DNA of 63,841 nt. Source: Candidatus Shapirobacteria bacterium. Lineage in GTDB: Bacteria; Patescibacteriota; Microgenomatia; UBA12405; JAUWLS01. Positions 18,543 to 28,863 of this stretch are shown here, piece after piece. The translations under genes and the position numbers were made by a program. The stretch is from assembly GCA_030613565.1 (NCBI GenBank), contig JAUWLS010000003.1, positions 1 to 63,841 of the forward strand. Reading direction: 5' to 3'. Below the pieces are notes generated by a model. That model ran no database searches. It worked only from the letters and a program-made list of their open reading frames with translations, and had not been told where the DNA came from. Each line of letters begins with the position of its first letter. Position 1 is the stretch's first letter.

Positions 18543-19582
18543 TAGTGTGGTTTTCCAGCAATATACGACAATGCTTTACGAAAATAATAAACCACTCCTT
18601 CTTTTGTACCCACCAAAGAAAAAAGTGCATCATCACTAATTTTTCTTTTTCTTTGAACCATTCTCCTCTTATTAATCACTGTTGGCCAATTCAATAAATT
18701 CCAAACAATCCCTCGCCATATTTCTATCGAACCTTTTTTCTCTCCTTTTAAGAACATAAAAAGGGCTAAAAACAACCATGATCCAATATTCAAAGGAGCT
18801 ACCCACCACACCTTTTTATTTCCCAAGTTCTTCAATAAAGTTATTATTGTATTTCTACACCCAAAATAATAATTACGATAGAGTTGATTGTTTTTCTTAT
18901 AATAAGTTCGTTTTTTGATCCCTTGGGCATGCCAAACTACTATTTCAGGAACAAATCTAACTTCGTATCCTGAAAGCCATGTTCTCCAAGCCAAGTCCGT
19001 ATCTTCACAATAAAAAAAATAATCACTGTCAAATCCTCCTATATTTTCAAAAACACTCCTTCTCCACCATGCTCCAGCGGTTTTTAAACCAAAAATATAA
19101 TCATATTTATCAAACTGTCCTTTATCCTTATCTCCCCGCGCTCTTTCTACTAAAAAACCAAAACCAGAAAACAAATCTCCTGCAGAGTCAAACAAATCAG
19201 TCCCCATTTTCAAAAGTTTTACCTGAAATGCTCCTGTTTTCTCATGTTTTTCAAAAAAATCCACTCCTTTTTGATACCACCCTTTAGCTAGCTTGGTGTC
19301 ATTATCTACAAAGAACAAGTACTTACCTAAACTATTCTTCACTCCAATATTCCTTGCCTTAGCTCCTCCTAAATTGTTATCTAAAGTTATTATCTTTAAT
19401 CTTTTTTCTCCTCCAAAGTTTTTATTCACTATTTCCATACTTTTGTCTTTAGATCCATTGTCCACTATCACTACTTCATATTTTCCATTTTTCTCTAAAA
19501 AAATAGATCTTAAACTTTTCTCTATAAACTCCTCCCCATTAAAACTACTAATCACTATCGAAACCAACATTTTATTTTTCAT
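18542..19582 (-). CDS. GT2 glycosyltransferase
   Basis: IVDNGSKD, FVDND, GGFDSDYFFYCEDTDLAWR. Confidence 0.9.
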   Translation of the reverse strand: MKNKMLVSIVISSFNGEEFIEKSLRSIFLEKNGKYEVVIVDNGSKDKSMEIVNKNFGGEKRLKIITLDNNLGGAKARNIGVKNSLGKYLFFVDNDTKLAKGWYQKGVDFFEKHEKTGAFQVKLLKMGTDLFDSAGDLFSGFGFLVERARGDKDKGQFDKYDYIFGLKTAGAWWRRSVFENIGGFDSDYFFYCEDTDLAWRTWLSGYEVRFVPEIVVWHAQGIKKRTYYKKNNQLYRNYYFGCRNTIITLLKNLGNKKVWWVAPLNIGSWLFLALFMFLKGEKKGSIEIWRGIVWNLLNWPTVINKRRMVQRKRKISDDALFSLVGTKEGVVYYFRKALSYIAGKPH

Positions 19583-20634
19583 TAAAATGGCCTTCTTAAC
19601 ACATAACTTACCCCTTTACCTAAATACCACAAAAAACCTTTAGCACTTCCCACAACAGAAAAAATCTCTTTATCACTCACCACCCTCTCTTTTTGTATTT
19701 TTTTCCTTTTTCTTAAAGTCTTTTTTAAATTAACGATATTCCACCAAATAGCTTTTGGTATCGCTCCTGCTCTTTTAAACTCAAACTTCAAAAAAAACAT
19801 CAGTCCCAACATCAACCAACAAGAAACATTAACTGGAAGCACTAAAAACAAACTATGAGTCTCAAAATTCTTAATTAAAGTCATAATCATGTTCCTACAT
19901 CCCAAATAAGTGGCTTGATACAACCTGTTTCTTCTCTTATAATAGTCTGTATCTTTCTCCTTTGTCCCAAAAGCATGGTAAACAACTATTTCTGGCGCAA
20001 ACAAAACCTTATAACCCGCCAGCCAATATCTCCAACATAAATCCGGTTCTTCCCAATAAAAAAAATAATCTTCATCAAACCCTCCCAATCTCAAAAAGGC
20101 CTCTCTTTTAAACAAGGCCGAAGCAATATTTAAAGAAAATATCTTATCCACCTTATCAAACTGACCTTTGTCTTCAGCTGACCTCGACCTCTCCATAAGA
20201 AACCCAAATCTACTAATATAATCCCCTGCATAGTTAAATTTATTTGTTCCCATTATTAAAAGTTTTGGTTGAGCTATTCCAAACTCCTTGTTTTCTTTTA
20301 TAAATTTCAATGCTTTTTTGTACCACCCTTTCTCTATCTTTGTGTCATTATCCAATATCAAAATATATTCCCCCTCACTCTTTAATACTCCCCAATTTCT
20401 GGCCTCAACTGGACCCACATTCTTTTCAAATCTTTTTACCTTCAGTCTTTTATCTTTCCCAAACTCTTTCCTTACCAGATCCAAACTTCCATCACTTGAT
20501 CCATTATCAATAAACACCACCTCAAATCTACCCTTTTCAGAAAAAACAGATCCCAAACACCTCTTCAAAAACTTCTTCCCATTATAACTAATCGTTACCA
20601 CTGATAGTTTAAGCTTATTTTTCTTTCTGACCAT
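19582..20634 (-). CDS. GT2 glycosyltransferase
   Basis: FIDNGSSDGS, ILDND, GGFDEDYFFYWEEPDLCWR. Confidence 0.9.
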   Translation of the reverse strand: MVRKKNKLKLSVVTISYNGKKFLKRCLGSVFSEKGRFEVVFIDNGSSDGSLDLVRKEFGKDKRLKVKRFEKNVGPVEARNWGVLKSEGEYILILDNDTKIEKGWYKKALKFIKENKEFGIAQPKLLIMGTNKFNYAGDYISRFGFLMERSRSAEDKGQFDKVDKIFSLNIASALFKREAFLRLGGFDEDYFFYWEEPDLCWRYWLAGYKVLFAPEIVVYHAFGTKEKDTDYYKRRNRLYQATYLGCRNMIMTLIKNFETHSLFLVLPVNVSCWLMLGLMFFLKFEFKRAGAIPKAIWWNIVNLKKTLRKRKKIQKERVVSDKEIFSVVGSAKGFLWYLGKGVSYVLRRPF

Positions 20635-21598
20635 GCTTTAAAAAACCACTAACTGTTCCCCAATATCCTCCCAACCAGTCCATATTCCTCGTCTCAATCG
20701 CTTTGTAAGTCCAATACCCGTTCAAAAACAGTAAATAAGTCAAAAACTTCACCACATAATCTACTCTGGGCTTGTAAACATGCCTAAAATAGAACTTAAA
20801 GAAGTTTTCCATTCTTTCTTTTGCTCTAGTTCTTCTTGGATATACTCCACCTCTTGATATATTATGATTCACTTTCACCTTTGAGCTAAATACCAACCTC
20901 TTCCCTTCCTCTGCTACCCTCTTTGCTAAATCCAATTCACACCACTCCGCCACCTTTGTATAACCATAATCAAACCCTCCCACCTTCTTAACCAAATCCC
21001 TTCTCAATGTCATATTACATGCCTCTAAATAATCCACGTCTTGTAGTCCTTTTATCCTTAAAGATTCAGGAAAGTTGGACCCTGGACTCCAAGCTCCACT
21101 CTTAAAAATTCTTCCCACCTGGTACCTATTTCCTTCAAGAAACCACTCCTCCCAAATTTCACCCAAAGTCTTCCAAATCCCCCCTTTTCTGTAAAAAGAA
21201 AAGACATCTCTTTCGGACAATCGCTCTTTTTTAACCAAGGTTGGACCTGACACTCCTCCTACATCTTTGTTTTTATCCATTATCTCTACTATTGATTTAG
21301 CCCAATCGGGGGAAACCACCACATCATCATCTATCCAGCTTACTAGTTCTCCTTTTGCCTTTCTCCAACCTTGGTCTCGTACTCGAGACAATTCTTTTCC
21401 TTTATAAACCACCTTCTTAATTTTCAGTTTCTTGCTGTACTCTTCAATCACCTCATTTGTCACATCTTTCGACCCACCGTCAATAATCACTACCTCAAAA
21501 TTCTTGTAACTCTGGCCCACCAAACTCTCCAAACACTCCCTTAAACTTTCTCCCCTCTCATAGGTACAAACTGCTACTGAAAGTTTTAATCTAGCCAT
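20615..21598 (-). CDS. GT2 glycosyltransferase
   Basis: VAVCTYER, IIDGGSKD, WIDDD, ACNMTLRR, GGFD. Confidence 0.9.
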   Translation of the reverse strand: MARLKLSVAVCTYERGESLRECLESLVGQSYKNFEVVIIDGGSKDVTNEVIEEYSKKLKIKKVVYKGKELSRVRDQGWRKAKGELVSWIDDDVVVSPDWAKSIVEIMDKNKDVGGVSGPTLVKKERLSERDVFSFYRKGGIWKTLGEIWEEWFLEGNRYQVGRIFKSGAWSPGSNFPESLRIKGLQDVDYLEACNMTLRRDLVKKVGGFDYGYTKVAEWCELDLAKRVAEEGKRLVFSSKVKVNHNISRGGVYPRRTRAKERMENFFKFYFRHVYKPRVDYVVKFLTYLLFLNGYWTYKAIETRNMDWLGGYWGTVSGFLKHGQKEK

Positions 21599-21617
21599 TA
21601 CCTAGTATACTAATTAA

Positions 21618-22640
21618 ATGCCAGATAAACTCATCAAATATCTAAAATCACTCTATTCCTCTACCTCCATTCAAAAAACCCTAAAAACTCTCTCTTCCTC
21701 CTACCTCTATTTTCTAACCCTCCAAAAAATAATCCAAATGCAAGAAAAAAAAGATCAATCCGGTCCCTACAACCTTCTTATTGAAACCTCTTCCTCCTGT
21801 AACGCCCGCTGCCTCATGTGTCCCCATTCTAAAATGACCAGAAAAAAACAAATTATGGATAAACTCACTTTCCAAAAAATCATTACTCGTCTGAAATCTG
21901 AAAACCCACCCATCAACAAAGTCATCCTCTCTGGCTTTGGAGAACCCTTTCTTGATCCTAACTTTCTTGACCGTTTAGAAAGGATAAAATCCCTAGGATA
22001 TCCTGTCCGCTTCTATACCAACGCTTCCCTCCTAACCAAAAAGAATGCCCAAAAACTAATTGATCTTCGGTTAGATGAATTAAACATTAGTTTCAATGGC
22101 ACCAACCCCGTTCAGTACAAGAAAATCATGGGCTTAAACTATGCCCAAACTGTCAAAAACATAAACCAGCTTTTAAAACTAAAAAAGGAGGCAAACTCTA
22201 TTCTCCCCAAAGTCCAAATCAGCTCCATCATCATTAAAGAAAATGAAAAATCCATCCAAAAGCATCTAAAAACCTGGCAACAAAAAGCCGACTCAGCCAC
22301 TGTTTCTTTAGCTCACGAATGGGGAGGAATAATCAAGTCAAATTCAAAAAAGAAATTTGAAAAAGCAAAAAGAACTTACCCTTGCCGTTCTCTTTGGCAC
22401 ACCTTGGTTATCGACTCTCAAGGCAGCTTTGTTATCTGCTGCCGAGACTATGAATCTAAGTTTAAATTAGCAAATATAAAAACCCATTCTTTCAAAAAAG
22501 CAGCTAATCATCCCACCCGTCTTACCTGGCAAAAACTCCATCTAAAGTATCAAAAACAATCCCTCCCTCTAATCTGCCAAAACTGCAATTTCCCTTACCA
22601 AGACGGTATTGAATGGCTACTACCCAGATCTATTGATTAA
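21618..22640 (+). CDS. Radical SAM protein with C-terminal SPASM/twitch-like domain
   Basis: CNARCLMC; SGFGEPFLD; C-terminal PCRSLW...CCRD...CQNC. Confidence 0.85.
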   Translation: MPDKLIKYLKSLYSSTSIQKTLKTLSSSYLYFLTLQKIIQMQEKKDQSGPYNLLIETSSSCNARCLMCPHSKMTRKKQIMDKLTFQKIITRLKSENPPINKVILSGFGEPFLDPNFLDRLERIKSLGYPVRFYTNASLLTKKNAQKLIDLRLDELNISFNGTNPVQYKKIMGLNYAQTVKNINQLLKLKKEANSILPKVQISSIIIKENEKSIQKHLKTWQQKADSATVSLAHEWGGIIKSNSKKKFEKAKRTYPCRSLWHTLVIDSQGSFVICCRDYESKFKLANIKTHSFKKAANHPTRLTWQKLHLKYQKQSLPLICQNCNFPYQDGIEWLLPRSID

Positions 22641-22655
22641 ACCTTCCACAAAACA

Positions 22656-22949
22656 TTATCTAGAAAGCCCTCTGGGTCTAGTCTCTTTTTCCACTCTTTC
22701 TGCTAAAAATATTTTCATCAGTGACTGGTAAGGAACATCTTTCGCATTCGCAAGCTCTCTTATTCTGCTCAGTAAATACTTAGGAAGTCTTAATGAAATT
22801 GACTTAGTGCTTGGTTTCAAATTAGGAAAACTAGCCGCCTCTGCCTTATTCCAGTCAACATATTCAGTAGAGTCATTCTTTGACCAAAAATTACGCTCTT
22901 CGCTCTCATTTTTGAACTTTGGTATTACTTTAAGCTTTCTTTTCAACAT
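22656..22949 (-). CDS. brnA: BrnA/CopG-like antitoxin
   Basis: IPKFKNESEERNFW...KSISLRLP...KDVPYQSLMKIFL; overlaps brnT. Confidence 0.8.
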   Translation of the reverse strand: MLKRKLKVIPKFKNESEERNFWSKNDSTEYVDWNKAEAASFPNLKPSTKSISLRLPKYLLSRIRELANAKDVPYQSLMKIFLAERVEKETRPRGLSR

Positions 22950-23232
22950 ATATTTTCCTTTCTTTTTTATTTGCTAATCTTGATGAAATAATTCTTATTC
23001 TATTTTTCCTAACTGTAAAAGATAAAAATAAAATTTTGTTTTCATTCGTTTTCCCTAAAGCATAATATCTAATTTCTCTTCTTGTCGAATGTCTAACATC
23101 GAGCAAAAGAAATACTGGTTTATTATAAAAAACTTCTTCTGACTCTTTGTCACAGACTCCGTGTTTTTTAAGGTTTTTGTCAATATTGCCTTTGTCCCAC
23201 TCAAACTCTATAGAATCAGGCAATATCTTCAT
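22930..23232 (-). CDS. brnT: BrnT ribonuclease toxin
   Basis: FEWDKGNIDKNLKKHGV...ESEEVF...E.RYYALG...RIRIISSR. Confidence 0.9.
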   Translation of the reverse strand: MKILPDSIEFEWDKGNIDKNLKKHGVCDKESEEVFYNKPVFLLLDVRHSTRREIRYYALGKTNENKILFLSFTVRKNRIRIISSRLANKKERKIYVEKKA

Positions 23233-23265
23233 TTAGAAAAGTATATCTTAAAAATATACATTTTG

Positions 23266-24282
23266 TCAACCCTTCACTCCCAACACAAACCTAAATACCC
23301 CCCTCACTCCCTTTTTCATCACAGCAAAAAAATAAATCCAAAACATAAAGAAACTTACCACTGGATGCCAAAACCAAGCCAAGTCTGGAATCCTCCAAAA
23401 ACCCCACAAGGCTTCCATAATTGGCCACACTAAAGTTAAAGACGAAAGTGAATACAAAATTATCCTCACTTTATCTCTCTTAGGATCATATAAAAAATAC
23501 CTTCTATTCTCATACTCATCCATATAAAGCTCTCTCATATACCTGCTTCTTTTCTTAAAAAACTTCAAAATACTTTCTCCACTAATATGCACCACACTAT
23601 TTTTAACCACCACATACTTACCTTTTCCCCTTCTTTTCCTCAAAATATCTACATTCACATCTATATGGCCAAAGTGTTTTTCATCCACTTTTGCTGTCAA
23701 AAGATCTTTCCTTCTTATTAAAAACCCATTCGCTCCCACTGTCGGCAATTCCTCTACTCTGTATTCCACCAGAAAATAATCTCCTTTGTCCTCTACTTTT
23801 CCTCCCAATCTCCACTGATCCGATAGATAATCTTGTCTATCTGCTTTTTTCAAAAATCTAGCCACCGGATCATTTATTCCCATCAGTGAAAAGTACCTGT
23901 TTAAAGACTTTGCTCCCTCCTGATACTCATATCTCCATGTATAAACTCCCACTGCGTCTTTCTCCTTCAAAAAACAATCAACCATTTTAGACAACCATTT
24001 CTTATCAACCAAAACATTATCCTCATCCACCCCCAAAATAAGTTCATTCTTTGCTTTCTTTAAAGCCACTGCTTTGGCTGCTTCTGGACTTCCTGTGTTC
24101 TCGAACACCACTTTTCCTCCATATTTTTTCACCAACTCCACTGTCCCATCTGTTGAGCCTCCATCCGCTACGACAATCTCAATCTTCTTTTGGTCATAAT
24201 TCTGACCTCGAATTGACCTCAAACATCCCTCCAGAACCCTTCCACTATTTAAAGTGGCCATTATCACTGAAATACTTTTCAT
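23266..24282 (-). CDS. GT2 glycosyltransferase
   Basis: ISVIMATLNS, VADGGSTDGT, VDEDN, GANGF. Confidence 0.85.
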   Translation of the reverse strand: MKSISVIMATLNSGRVLEGCLRSIRGQNYDQKKIEIVVADGGSTDGTVELVKKYGGKVVFENTGSPEAAKAVALKKAKNELILGVDEDNVLVDKKWLSKMVDCFLKEKDAVGVYTWRYEYQEGAKSLNRYFSLMGINDPVARFLKKADRQDYLSDQWRLGGKVEDKGDYFLVEYRVEELPTVGANGFLIRRKDLLTAKVDEKHFGHIDVNVDILRKRRGKGKYVVVKNSVVHISGESILKFFKKRSRYMRELYMDEYENRRYFLYDPKRDKVRIILYSLSSLTLVWPIMEALWGFWRIPDLAWFWHPVVSFFMFWIYFFAVMKKGVRGVFRFVLGVKG

Positions 24283-24285
24283 CCC

Positions 24286-24474
24286 TTATTCTAAACCACT
24301 AACCATTTTTTCTAACCCTTCCCGAACCATTTCTGTCGTACTCATACCCAAATCCTTCCTATTTCTTGTCCCGGCCACCCCTCCGACTGCCCTTGATATA
24401 ACTGTCGCACTAACCCCAAGACTTTCTGCCACCTCTCTTTGTGTGAGTCCCCTCCCGAACAACTTAGTCATCAT
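24286..24474 (-). CDS. Small helix-turn-helix protein (possibly 5'-frameshifted)
   Basis: GLTQREVAESLGVSATVISRAV. The frame extends upstream to a TAG at 24540, and a plausible N-terminus (MEVEEYEQKMRG) lies in another frame. Confidence 0.5.
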   Translation of the reverse strand: MMTKLFGRGLTQREVAESLGVSATVISRAVGGVAGTRNRKDLGMSTTEMVREGLEKMVSGLE

Positions 24475-24626
24475 TTCTCGAATTTTTGGTGCACTGTTTA
24501 AACTTTGATACCTTGGATCCCACCACCTCCTACCCTCCTACCCATACCTCGCATTTTTTGCTCATATTCTTCTACCTCCATTTCATCTCTATTTTACCAA
24601 TCTTGTCATCTGCTATACTCTGCCAC

Positions 24627-25727
24627 ATGACTAAACCTACCCATTTTAAAACCTTAACTGGTAAAAAAATCCCTCTTCCTGTCTTTTTTCCCGATGCTAC
24701 CCGCGCTGTTTTAAAAACTCTTGACTCAAAAGACATTAAAGATACTAAAACTCCAGGAATTCTAGTCAACACCTACCACCTTTTTCAAACACCAGGCCTT
24801 CAAACTATAAAAAATCACCAAGGAGCAAGAAAATTCATGAATTGGGACCAAGGAGTCATCTCTGACTCTGGAGGATTTCAGGTTATGTCTATCGCAAAAA
24901 AAGATCTTAGTAGAAATTCTGTCTCTGATAAGGGAGTTACTTTTCATCCTCCCGGATCAAAAAAGGTCCTCCTCACTCCCGAATTATCTATTCGCATCCA
25001 ACTTGCCTTAAAAACTGATCTGGTTGTCCTCTTGGATGATTTCACTACTCCCACTGCCACCAAAAAAGAAGCCCAAATTTCGGTTAAAAGGACTCTTCTT
25101 TGGGCACATCGTTCTAAAATCGCCTTTAAAAAACTAACCAAAGATCTAAAACCAAAAGACAAACCTTATCTTCTTGCTGTTGTTCAAGGAGGAGACTATC
25201 TTGACCTACGAAAGCACTGCACAAAAGAGTTGGTCAAAATTGGATTTGATGGCTTGGGTTACGGGGGTTGGCCTATTAAAAAAGATGGCTCCTTCAATTA
25301 CGCCGTTGCCAATGTTATAAAAAAGCACACTCCAAAAGATTACCTTCTTTATGGATTAGGAATCGGCAAACCTGAAGAAATAACCAATCTTGTTGAAAGC
25401 GGCTGGCATATCTTTGACTGTGTCCTTCCTACTCGCGATGCTCGCCATTCTCGTCTTTACGTCTACAACGCCAAATCAATAAAAGATATTGACCCCACCA
25501 AAAAAGATTTTTACTCTTTTCTAAACCCTAAAAAACAGGAATTTAAAAACTCAAAAAACCCTGTTTCCACTGCTTGTGATTGTCTACTTTGCAAAAACTA
25601 TTCTCTCTCTTACCTCCACCACCTCTTCAAAATTAAAGATTCCACTGCTAAGCGCCTTGCCACTATTCACAACCTCAGATTCTATTCTCTCTTGATGGAA
25701 AGTCTCAGAAACATCAACCATTCCTAA
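24627..25727 (+). CDS. tgt: tRNA-guanine transglycosylase (atypical specificity residues)
   Basis: LPVFFP, LVNTYHL, DSGGFQV, YGLGIG, FDCVLPTRDAR, Zn site CDCLLC...HN. Start ATG 24627 is 7 nt after TGnTATACT. Confidence 0.9.
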   Translation: MTKPTHFKTLTGKKIPLPVFFPDATRAVLKTLDSKDIKDTKTPGILVNTYHLFQTPGLQTIKNHQGARKFMNWDQGVISDSGGFQVMSIAKKDLSRNSVSDKGVTFHPPGSKKVLLTPELSIRIQLALKTDLVVLLDDFTTPTATKKEAQISVKRTLLWAHRSKIAFKKLTKDLKPKDKPYLLAVVQGGDYLDLRKHCTKELVKIGFDGLGYGGWPIKKDGSFNYAVANVIKKHTPKDYLLYGLGIGKPEEITNLVESGWHIFDCVLPTRDARHSRLYVYNAKSIKDIDPTKKDFYSFLNPKKQEFKNSKNPVSTACDCLLCKNYSLSYLHHLFKIKDSTAKRLATIHNLRFYSLLMESLRNINHS

Positions 25728-25855
25728 CAACGCTACATTCGCATTCGAAAGGTATCACCCTCTGATTCAATCTTCTAGCCTCAATCTCACCCCAAATTAT
25801 ACCAACACCCATCTTTTCTTTACAAGATAACACAAATATGTTACATTTTTATAAC

Positions 25856-26116
25856 ATGATTACAACAAAAAACACCAAAACCATCTCTGATATGAGACTC
25901 AATGCCCCACAACTCCTCAATCAGGCTGCAAAATCCCAAGAAGCTCTTTACATTTTCTACAAATCTAAACCCAAAGCAGTCCTTTTAAGTCTTTCAAAAT
26001 ACCAATATCTACTGAGTATTTTTGAAGATTATCTTGACTCTCAAGAAGCCAAAGAATTTGAAAAGAAAAACAAAAAAAAGATTAACTGGCTCTCCGAAAA
26101 AGAACTTCTATCTTAA
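25856..26116 (+). CDS. Phd/YefM-family antitoxin
   Basis: TISDMRLNA..LLNQA...KPKAVLLSLSKY..L...EDYLD; adjacent to relE. Confidence 0.75.
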   Translation: MITTKNTKTISDMRLNAPQLLNQAAKSQEALYIFYKSKPKAVLLSLSKYQYLLSIFEDYLDSQEAKEFEKKNKKKINWLSEKELLS

Positions 26117-26119
26117 AAC

Positions 26120-26389
26120 ATGGCTTATCTTTTTGCTCTCAAATTTCACTCCTCCACAAAAAAACAACTTAAGAAAATCCCCTCTCAAGACCAGAAAAAA
26201 ATTCTTTTCGCACTCCAAAAACTAAAACAATACCCCTTTACACCCAATCTCAACATAAAAAAACTGTCGGGAACCAAAAACTTCTACCGTCTTCACACTG
26301 GATCCCTAAGAATAATATTTGAACCAAAACACAAAGAAAAAATCATCTACATCTGGAAACTCGGCTACCGACAAAACATTTACCAATAA
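26120..26389 (+). CDS. relE: RelE/ParE-family toxin
   Basis: KKQLKKIP...IKKLSG..NFYRLHTGSLRIIF...IWKLGYRQNIY. Confidence 0.85.
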   Translation: MAYLFALKFHSSTKKQLKKIPSQDQKKILFALQKLKQYPFTPNLNIKKLSGTKNFYRLHTGSLRIIFEPKHKEKIIYIWKLGYRQNIYQ

Positions 26390-26425
26390 GGCATTTCTAC
26401 CCTTATTGCTAGTCTATAATAACCC

Positions 26426-27883
26426 ATGCGCATTATTATTGCTTTCCCACCTCTTTCTTCTCAAAAAGGAATTCCTCTTCTTGCCCAAAACCGCCAATTC
26501 CAATGGGCCAAAACTCCCTGGACCGCCTATCCCATGGTCCCCGCTTCTGCCGCCACTCTTTTGGACAAATCTGATCATCAAGTTCTTTGGGCCGACGGTA
26601 TCACCAAAGGCCAAACTTACTCTACCTGGGAAAAAGAAGTCATTAAATTCAAACCAGACCTGATTTTCATTGAATCCAAAACCCCTGTCATCAAAACTCA
26701 CTGGAAAATTATAAATTCTTTAAAAAAGAAACTTAAAAAAACTATCTTTGTTCTCGCTGGAGATCATCTTACTGCTCTTCCTAAAGAATCTTTCTTGCAC
26801 TCAAAGGTTGACTACGTTTTAACTGGCGGAGACTATGATTTTCTGCTCCTTAGCCTGGTCAACCATCTTTCTAAAAGAGAGAAGCTCTCTCCTGGCATTT
26901 ACTATCGTGCCAAATCTCAAATCCGAAGCACTGGTCCCTCAAAATTAAACCACTCCCTAGAAGACCTTCCTCTAATTGATCGTGACCTAACTCAATACAA
27001 GCTCTATGCTTACAAAAACTCAAACTATGCCTACACTCCTGGTACATACACCATGTTTGCCCGTGATTGCTGGTGGGGGCGTTGCACCTTTTGTTCTTGG
27101 ACTACTCTTTATCCAGGAAAACATTACCGCCAGATCAGCCCCCAAAAAGCCTTAAAGGAAGTTGGTCAATTAATTGAAAAATACTCTATTAAAGAAATCA
27201 TGGATGACTCTGGAACTCTACCTGTTGGCTCCTGGCTTCAGACCTTTTGTAAAGGAATGATCAAGTCTGGATTAAACAAAAAGATAAAAATAAGTTGTAA
27301 TATGCGCTTTAACTCTGGTCTTTCTCAAAAAGACTTTTCCCTTATGAAAAAAGCAGGTTTCAGACTCCTTCTTTTTGGTCTTGAATCCTCCAATCAAAAA
27401 ACCCTGGATCGATTAAATAAAAATCTAAAAGTAACTCAAATTATCCCCGCCCTTAAAAAAGCAAAAAAGGCTGGTCTTAGGCCCCACATTACTGTCATGG
27501 TTGGCTACCCTTGGGAAACCAAAGATGATATCAGAAACACTCTCTCTTTTGCCAAAAAAATCTTTAAAGATGGACTTGCTGATTCTCTCCAGGCCACTAT
27601 CATTACTCCTTACCCCGGAACCCCCCTCTTTAAAGAAGCCCAAAAAGAAAACTGGTTAAAAACCACAAATTGGGATGACTACGATATGAAACAACCTGTC
27701 CTAAAAACCTCTCTCTCTGATAACCAACTCCAGTCCTTAACCCGATCTCTCTACTCTTCCTTCTTCACTCCCCAGTTTCTCATAAAAAAAACCAGGGAGG
27801 CTTTATCTGATCCAAAAGTATTTAAATACTACATCCGCCTTGCTCTTAAGTTCCCTTCAAAACTTCTTGATTTTAAATCTTAA
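26426..27883 (+). CDS. Cobalamin-binding (class B) radical SAM protein
   Basis: N-terminal B12-binding-like domain (GDHLTALP, GGDYD); RDCWWGRCTFC; FGLESSNQ; MVGYPWET; TPYPGTPLF. Confidence 0.85.
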   Translation: MRIIIAFPPLSSQKGIPLLAQNRQFQWAKTPWTAYPMVPASAATLLDKSDHQVLWADGITKGQTYSTWEKEVIKFKPDLIFIESKTPVIKTHWKIINSLKKKLKKTIFVLAGDHLTALPKESFLHSKVDYVLTGGDYDFLLLSLVNHLSKREKLSPGIYYRAKSQIRSTGPSKLNHSLEDLPLIDRDLTQYKLYAYKNSNYAYTPGTYTMFARDCWWGRCTFCSWTTLYPGKHYRQISPQKALKEVGQLIEKYSIKEIMDDSGTLPVGSWLQTFCKGMIKSGLNKKIKISCNMRFNSGLSQKDFSLMKKAGFRLLLFGLESSNQKTLDRLNKNLKVTQIIPALKKAKKAGLRPHITVMVGYPWETKDDIRNTLSFAKKIFKDGLADSLQATIITPYPGTPLFKEAQKENWLKTTNWDDYDMKQPVLKTSLSDNQLQSLTRSLYSSFFTPQFLIKKTREALSDPKVFKYYIRLALKFPSKLLDFKS

Positions 27884-28725
27884 GATAAAGAAAGGAAATA
27901 AACTCCTACCACACAAAGTACCGCTGCTATCATCTTCTTTAATAGTCCGTCTCTTTCCTTTAGAAACACCACTCCTGCCCAAACTGTCAAAAGAACTGAA
28001 AGACCTCTTACTGAAGCTACTTTTGAAATTTCTCCCCAGTAAAGACTTTGTATCGAAAAGAAAGAGTAAAGTCCAATCAATAGTCCCGCTACCACCAAAC
28101 CCCATTTTTGTAACTTAATTTCTTTTTTAATCCTGGAAAGTCGATTAGGTATAAAAAGAAGCATCCATCCTAAACTTAAAAACAAAACCAAAAAATAATA
28201 CTTAACTGTTGGAACCAAATTATTAACCATGTACTTATCTAAAATACTCCCCGACGTATAAATAAAATTAGCCACCAAAACCAACCATGCCCCTTTTGGT
28301 AGAACAAACTTCCTCTTTTTTAAGATTACTAATAACAAACCCGAAACTATCAAACCTATTCCCAAAACCTTAAAAATGGTCACTCTTTCCCCTAAAACCA
28401 AAACCCCCAAAAGAAGTGCCCAAAAAGAGTTTGTTCTAGAAAACACAGATATTACTGAGGCCTCTATTAGCTTTCTTGCCCTTGTAAACATCAAAGCTGT
28501 CACTGCAAAAACAAGAGAGCTTACTAAAACCAAACCCCATCCTCTTGGTCCTAAAGCTATTTTTTCCTTTTCTCCAAAAGAAAGAATTCCTAAAAGAACT
28601 GTTGAAAAAACATTCAACCAAAAGGCAAAAGCCAAAGAATCTCCTTTATTTTTTAAAAGCTTTCTTGTCAATAAAGAGTAACTCGACATGCAGAAAGCTG
28701 ACAATAAAGAAAAAATTAACCACAT
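27880..28725 (-). CDS. EamA/DMT-family transporter
   Basis: Two repeats of about 5 TMs, with 'LLGVLVLGERVT' and 'AGVVFLKER' motifs. Confidence 0.85.
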   Translation of the reverse strand: MWLIFSLLSAFCMSSYSLLTRKLLKNKGDSLAFAFWLNVFSTVLLGILSFGEKEKIALGPRGWGLVLVSSLVFAVTALMFTRARKLIEASVISVFSRTNSFWALLLGVLVLGERVTIFKVLGIGLIVSGLLLVILKKRKFVLPKGAWLVLVANFIYTSGSILDKYMVNNLVPTVKYYFLVLFLSLGWMLLFIPNRLSRIKKEIKLQKWGLVVAGLLIGLYSFFSIQSLYWGEISKVASVRGLSVLLTVWAGVVFLKERDGLLKKMIAAVLCVVGVYFLSLS

Positions 28726-28863
28726 GTCCTCATCATATCAAATTGCTGTTTTTCTCCTTTAAATCCCTATCTTCCATAAAAATTCCTAATTTATCCCATT
28801 GACACAGTTTTATCTAATGTGTTTTACTGTTATTAACATATTACCTATTTGATACCTTAAATA

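Noticed and set aside
24486-24626. N-terminal extension of Tgt (also extended track starts for the flippase, vapC 44632, ORF 44382 and 54916)
   Set aside because: Homology and -10 placement support the later start codons.
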